Part shown: in pieces, positions 57,655 through 64,000 of the stretch
Layout: each line of letters opens with the position of its first letter
Position numbering within the stretch: position 1 is the stretch's first letter
DNA from: Octopus vulgaris
Taxonomy: Eukaryota
DNA: 64,000 nucleotides
Reading direction: 5' to 3'
NCBI GenBank assembly: GCA_951406725.2
Contig: OX597823.1
Coordinates: forward strand, 88,288,001-88,352,000
The notes under the pieces: generated by a model
What the model was told of the DNA's origin: nothing
What the model saw: the letters and a program-made list of their open reading frames with translations, nothing else
The model's database searches: none
Position numbers and translations under genes: made by a program

Positions 57655-58285
57655 TGTTTGACAGGTAACGACGATATTTCCCTAATGCACCTGTATGGAC
57701 CCGGACCAATTGCTTAGGGTCACCTACGTTGTATATAGATAAGATTTTCACTTGGGAAATAGATAGTAATAGAGTAGGGCGTCCACTTTTTAAAATAGTC
57801 GCCTATTCAGACCAAAAATTTGTGATCTTTACGGCCGAACTAGATAAGACGCGTAGGCTAGTACCTGGGTACCGGAGGCTGAATGTGCCGTATCCAGCAC
57901 GTAAGGCTTACAAGGACCGGGTCAACAATTTAGTTGATCAGAGATTGACAGTAGGGGTCGTCAACACAGGTGGTGGGCGGATCTCAAAAGAGAAATTAGA
58001 GCAATATCTATTTCCTTACTACCCACAAGGGGCTAAATACAGAGGGGACAAACAAGGACAGACAGACGGATTGAGTCGATTACATCGACTCCAGTGCGTA
58101 ACTGGTACTTAATTTATCGACCCCGAAAAGATGAAAGGCAAAGTGGACCTCGGCAGAATTTGAACTCAAAACCTAACGGCGGACGAAATATCACAAAGCA
58201 TTTCGCCCAGCGTGCTAACGTTTCTGCCAGCTCGCCGCCTTAAAAAGAGAAATTAGAGTAATATCGATAGGGTTTACCAAAGAAA
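57655..58285 (+). pseudogene. Old diverged Tx1-like ORF2 fragment (end of APE domain), interrupted by a SINE
   Basis: YIDKIF..IDSNRVGRPLFKIVAYSDQKFV....LDKTRRLVPGYRRLN aligns with YLDRVF..IDKNSVGCPQFHIVSYTDHKFV....LDKTHRQGPGYWKLN of the intact ORF2. Confidence 0.85.
58009..58240 (-). mobile_element. SINE family B monomer, 23-bp TSD, inserted into the old Tx1 fragment
   Basis: TSD aaaagagaaattagag(c/t)aatatc at 57986-58008 and 58243-58265. Confidence 0.9.
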
Positions 58286-58977
58286 TTATAGCGCAAATGT
58301 GTTTTACCGGTTTCAGATGGTCATGAGTGATTTTCTGTGTTATACAATGCATATGTAAATGCTGTATGCCCTAATGGTAAATATAATCACGATCAAACTA
58401 CGATGTACTGAGTTCAATCCAAGTGGATGTCATCTTGGAAAAATATCTTATTTTATAGCCTCAAATCGACCTGTATATTATAAGTAAAAACGGATAGACG
58501 AAAACTTTATAGAGACTTGTCGGGGGGCGATTTTTCCCTGGAATTGTCACGCACTTTTGCATTTTCCAAAATGAGTCTATGATAAAGCTTCTTCCCAAGT
58601 CATATGGACTCAGAAAGACGGTTTCCTTCGGATTCTGTGGCGTGTATACTCTTCCATTCCCTTGTCAAAACGCTTGTCCGCCGTAGCAATGCTTATATTT
58701 GCCAGCTGACTGAATTGGAGCAGCGTGCAATGAAGAATACAATGCATTGCCCCATCTAGGAATCGAAACCACAGTCTTATGGTTATGAGTCCAATACCCT
58801 AACTACAAAGCTGTCGTTGGGAATCCGTTACTAGAATACATTTAAAGTTCGGAATATCGCCAATAATCGTGCAGACCTCTGATTAAAAGCATTTCAAACA
58901 GAAGCACGTTTTTTCCTTATTATATTTTGTATGCAAGGCATCGATATCCCTTTGAGACAGGGAATGATGAGCTTGAT

Positions 58978-59359
58978 GGCGGCGAGCTGGCAGAATCGTT
59001 AGCACGCCGAGCGAAATGCTTAGCGGTATTTCGTCTGCCGTTACGTTGTGAGTTCAAATTCCGTCGAGGTCGACATTGCCTTTCATCATTTCGGGGTCGA
59101 TTAAATAAATACCAGTTACGTACTGGGGTCGATATAATCGACTTAATCCGTTTGTCTGTCCTTTTTTGTCCCCTCTGTGTTTAGCCCCTTGTATGTAGTA
59201 AAGAAATAGGCATTTCATCTGCCGTTACGTTCTGAGTTCTAATTCCGTCGATAAATTAAGTACTAGTTGTGCACTGGGGTCGATGTAATCGATTTAATCC
59301 CTTTGTCTGTCCTTGTTTGTCCGCTCTACGTTTAGCCCCTTGTGGGAAATGAAGTAATA
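58978..59359 (+). mobile_element. SINE family B dimer, 17-bp TSD
   Basis: TSD agggaatgatgagcttg at 58959-58975 and 59360-59376. Confidence 0.88.
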
Positions 59360-60186
59360 AGGGAATGATGAGCTTGTCAAGTTTCACTGCTGTTTCTAGC
59401 AGATCTAGCAACTACGTCGGTGCTCCAGTATTACATTACCCTTTAGCAATTTGATTTTGAACAGCAAACTCAATAAATTTTCTTTCGGCATTAACAACTA
59501 TATATAATTAAGAATTATTATAATCTGTCTGTTCTGCATTACGTCAATATGGATAGGGAACGCAACAGTACACGATCACGACCCAGATATTGAAGTGAAA
59601 AATTAGACAACATATAATTAGGAGAGAATCATAAACAGAAAATTGAGAAAAAAGTATAAAATAATAAGTATTAAATTTTGAATCGTAATTATAATTATAA
59701 ATAATTTAAATGCAAATCGTGTAATAATATGAAAATAATTTTCGATTAGATCTAACAAAACAGAAATATGTCAACGTTTTCACTCGTTAGAATTCCAGAA
59801 CATCAAGCTGCCTAAATCATTTAAATTTTTCAAAATGTTCTGTTTAGTGTTATTAATGTAGTAATCTCCTTTCCGTATATAAATATCATATTTAATCGCT
59901 GTTAACCGAATTTTTCCCGCTCAGTTTATTATAAAAAATCATATTCGTTTCTTACAGAAGAGGCAACATCATTTATAATGAGCTCAGCCGTGACTATTTT
60001 GTATCTTAACAGCTCCGTTAGTGTAGAAAACAAAATCGGGTCGATAAGATTTGGGCTCAAGACACACAAACACACACATATATATATATAAATTATTAAA
60101 CAAGAATATTATTAACATTACTTACATTTGACGGATATTTGTCCTCAACTCGTTTGTTGTTCTTAACCGCTACGCCATATGCCCAG

Positions 60187-60260
60187 GAGCTTATGGCGTA
60201 ATTATTAAGAGCACGGGCTACTAACCCCAAGATTCCGAGTTCGATTCCAGGCAGGGACCA
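60187..60260 (+). other. tRNA-derived module (not a functional tRNA)
   Basis: Degenerate A-box tggcgtaattatt, anticodon-like arm ggg-ctactaa-ccc, B-box gagttcgattcc; acceptor stem does not pair well. Confidence 0.6.
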
Positions 60261-60339
60261 GAATAATACTAATACTACTAATAATAATAATATCGAAAGA
60301 TACCTAAGGAATGAGTTCCCAGGTTCGAAATTTCCCCAA

Positions 60340-60385
60340 GGCACCTGATGAAGACTGGAAGGTATATCGGCCGAAACGTTGTGTT
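60340..60385 (+). ncRNA. Minimal type I hammerhead ribozyme candidate
   Basis: GGCAC-CUGAUGA-a GACUG..CGGCC-GAAA-CGUU-GUGUU: intact core, stem I GGCAC/GUGUU, palindromic ACGU stem III, imperfect stem II. Confidence 0.6.
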
Positions 60386-63300
60386 AACAACAAACAAGAT
60401 GAGGACAAATATCCGTCAAATGTAAATAATATAAATAATGTACATAATTCCTCATCTCTTAAATATAGAACTGAAGAATATTATTGAGAGTGACCCTGAA
60501 GTTTCAGCCAGTTTGGCCCTCGTCAGCCTTCCATGTATTGAGTTACATCTTGGTTTTATGTAGTCTCCGGTAAGTTTAAATCTCTCTTGCGTTAGTTTGA
60601 GTGGAGTGGTTATTAGGCTGTAGGGTGTCTTGTCAAGAGCTATTTTGGTGAAATTTTTATTCATTACATTTGGGTTTAACTTATTGCTTAGAATGTAGAA
60701 CATTAGGTTGTCTATTTTGGTACGTATATATGGGATGTGCTATTACTTTTAGTTATCTTTGTACTTACTGAATTTATTCTCTTGCTTTGACAATGTAAAT
60801 GTCAAAGTAACCCGTCATATTAATATAAAATTGTCATTATAACTGAACATAAAACCAATATATTCATATTCCTACACAAATACACACACACACACATATA
60901 TATATATATATGTATGTATGTATGTATGCATGCATGTATGTATGTATATATGTATGTACGTATGTATGTATTTATGTATGTGTAAAAGGTAGGAGATAAT
61001 GCATCATTAAATGATAGACTACAGCAACAATGCAATTATTCTTCCTCCACTGGAAATCTAAAGAAGACATATACTGAAGGCTGTATCCTCCAGCTCTCTA
61101 AACAAATTAATAAAAGTTCGGTTTAGCATTATCGGAGGTTTAATTTATCAGCTTTGCTATTACGATCCATAGCATAATGATATATACCACTTTGTAGAAA
61201 CTAACATAGCTGCAAGAAAGAATTCGCCAACAACTGATAAATTTTTAGAATTGAGTTAAATTATAGATGGTGTACGAGTAACAATTCTTCTTGCAGCTTG
61301 TTCTATTCGCCTATGGAAAGATTCAAACATTATTAAATACAATAACATTGATTTCGAATTTGGGCACAGGCCAGGAAGTTCGGGGAGGGAGTCAATCGAT
61401 TACATCGGCCTCAGGGCTCAACTGGTACTCGTGTTGACAACTATGAAAACGTGAATGATTATTTCTACGTCGGCGGAATTTGAACCCAAAACGCAAAGAT
61501 GAGGAAAATTCCTCTAAGTATTTTGTCCTGCTCGTCGCCTTATTAAATAAAACAATATTGTTCCTTTCGCATACATACTCCGTTATGACTATGGCCTCTA
61601 TGCTTCTTCATATCGAACCCTAAAGTATAAAGTCTTTTCAAATTATGAACGTCTACACACACAAACGAACTATATGAAGATGACTTATAAACAAGATTAC
61701 ATTCTTGAAGAGGATCCATTACCTTACTTCAAAGTTTCTAAGATGCCAGAAGAACATAAACAGATGAATTGATTGTATCATAAAGCTTTTCTTTTTATTT
61801 TGTTTTATTCATTAATCAAACTTTTGGCTGGAAGTTATATTTATATTTTACCAATTATTTTATATTTAATATTGTTCTATGAAAATATATTTCGGAAAAT
61901 ATTTTATGAAAACTTTTTTCCGATGTTCAATAAATCACACCGCCGTAATATACGAAACCACGCATACGCTCGGAAACACGTACACAGCGCTTATATATAA
62001 TATAGCATATATATATATATATATATATACATACACACACACACATATATATATATAATATACATGTACATCTACACATGATCAACATATATGTACGTTG
62101 ATGTACACACATACACACACACACATATATATATATACACACACACTTTTTTTTTATCCGAGGGGAGGCAATGCGAGCAACAACCACAAAATCCACAGAT
62201 ACATCAAACACATACAAATATTCATATACTCATTTATATCTATAAAGCCCGACATTTAAAAATTTAAAACATTTAGTATAAATTTGTTACAATAAGACAA
62301 ATAAATATAATAATAATAATAAATAAATATAAAGCATGCAAAGGCATATTAAAAGACGAATTAAAATTCTAGCGAAATGTACATAGAAGATAGTAATTAT
62401 AGAAGTTTACAAAAATCTAAGTTTACAAAGATACACAGATGTCCATCTACGGGCCGTCTCGGAGACGCGCCAATTAATATTAATATACTTAAATTTGGCA
62501 CTCCCCTCATCAGGATGTCCTATACATACAACACATAGTAAACGTGAACAAATACACAATCACATACCGGCCATATTCAGAAGCGAGACATTACGTACTC
62601 CCAGAAATTTTTCTCTGATCCTGAATGCTACTTTATACGCATATAATTCGGCCAGCAGCCATAGTAAATGGTATGCACACATCGCCATCTGGAGCATTTC
62701 ACTTCTGCGCTTATTTTATTTTATTTTATTTTATTTCAATCTTATAAATTCTCACTTACATGCAAAGCCACATATTCGGGTTCAAGTCATTGACACATTT
62801 TATACTAACAGCTATTTTTTTCTTTTAATGGTTACATTACTTTAGCTTTATTTCATTTACTACTTACTATACTTACTAAATTTAATTCAATTGTTATTGC
62901 TTAGCTCTAACTTTTATTGCAATTTCTATTTCTAAATTTCTTATGGGACGTCGAGTGGATCTTATGCGTACACGCTGGTATTGCATTGTTGTCACTCAAG
63001 ATATAACTTTATATTATATATATATATGTGTGTGTATGTGTGTGTGTGTTACATATGTATATACACCAAAATATATGCTAATGTGTGCAGATATAAATAT
63101 ATATATATAAATCTATATATATATATACTATATTTTATATATATATATATATATCTGAAGAGAAGAAAGCGTCATTTTAGACCCAGATTTTTCTCGTCTG
63201 AAACATTTAATAGATCATATGAGATGTACTTGCAGAAGAAACAAAGGCAGGAATTTTTGGAAACTGAAACATTATCTAGAAGTTCCTCGTTAAGAAAATA

Positions 63301-64000
63301 TCCAATTTTGTTTTCTTGCATCTAATGTGGAAAGATTTAAAGACATCGCGTCCACTGTACTGGAATAACTGTTTTGGGAAATTATAGATGTACTTACGAA
63401 ATTATATATTATCTTTTTGATATTCTGGCAACAACGATATTTCACTGAATCAGGAGGAACTTACCTGAAAATATAATAGAAATAAATGAATTAAAATTAT
63501 TTAGAATCACTTCATTCAAAACAAACAATAGTATTAACTTATCACATAATTATTGAAAGCTTTCCAAAATTCAATGCGATTTTTAATGTAAGTTGGCAAT
63601 TATTTGGAACATTTTCTGTCAGTTCAAAATAGCTCACCATATATTTCATTTTTAAGCTGTGAAGGAGACGTATTATTGCCAGTCTTCTGACGTCATCAGT
63701 TTGTTAACTTTAAAACATCTCATGTCAGATATTACAAATGAATATTTCAATTTAATGTTACCGTGTAAAATAGGAATAAAACCAGTCCCCAAGAGAAAAG
63801 TTGGAGATTGTTCGAATTAAACCTTAGCTCACAAATCAAAATTGAAATTTAGAAATTATTAGAAAAGTTGCAATTTTACTATTCTTACACTTATAGTTTA
63901 TAGTAGACTTATTGTCTAACTTCATCGAAAATTTAAATAACTTGGCCGCAACGTTATTTCTCTTGGGATATCGACTTTGCTTCATTGATTTATTAGTACG

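Noticed and set aside
60187-60260. Functional tRNA gene
   Set aside because: Acceptor and D stems do not pair properly; treated as a tRNA-derived module. The SINE heads were rejected as tRNAs for the same reason.
63670-63705. CTGATGA on the minus strand (also near 62506) and ctgatg..gaaa near 8859 as hammerhead cores
   Set aside because: No correctly placed GAAA with stems, or an incomplete core.

Overview
AT-rich, microsatellite-dense animal DNA with no recognisable host exon, so probably intergenic or a large intron. The repeat content resembles octopus/cephalopod genomes (inference, not searched). Most listed ORFs are translations of simple repeats. The main structure is at 30.9-38.7 kb: four co-oriented (minus-strand) copies of a Tx1/L1-clade non-LTR retrotransposon, from two subfamilies, each embedded in (GATA)n/(GACA)n arrays and lacking a poly(A) tail. 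One copy keeps an open 1145-aa APE-RT ORF2. An abundant tRNA-headed SINE shares its last ~42 nt with the 3' end of this Tx1 element and inserts as TSD-bounded multimers. Other content: a CR1-like fragment, two R4/Dong-like fragments next to (TAA)n, a Penelope-like RT fragment, two minimal hammerhead-ribozyme candidates in small repeat units (one with a tRNA-like module), a mariner-type MITE, several further SINE families and a perfect 234-bp palindrome.
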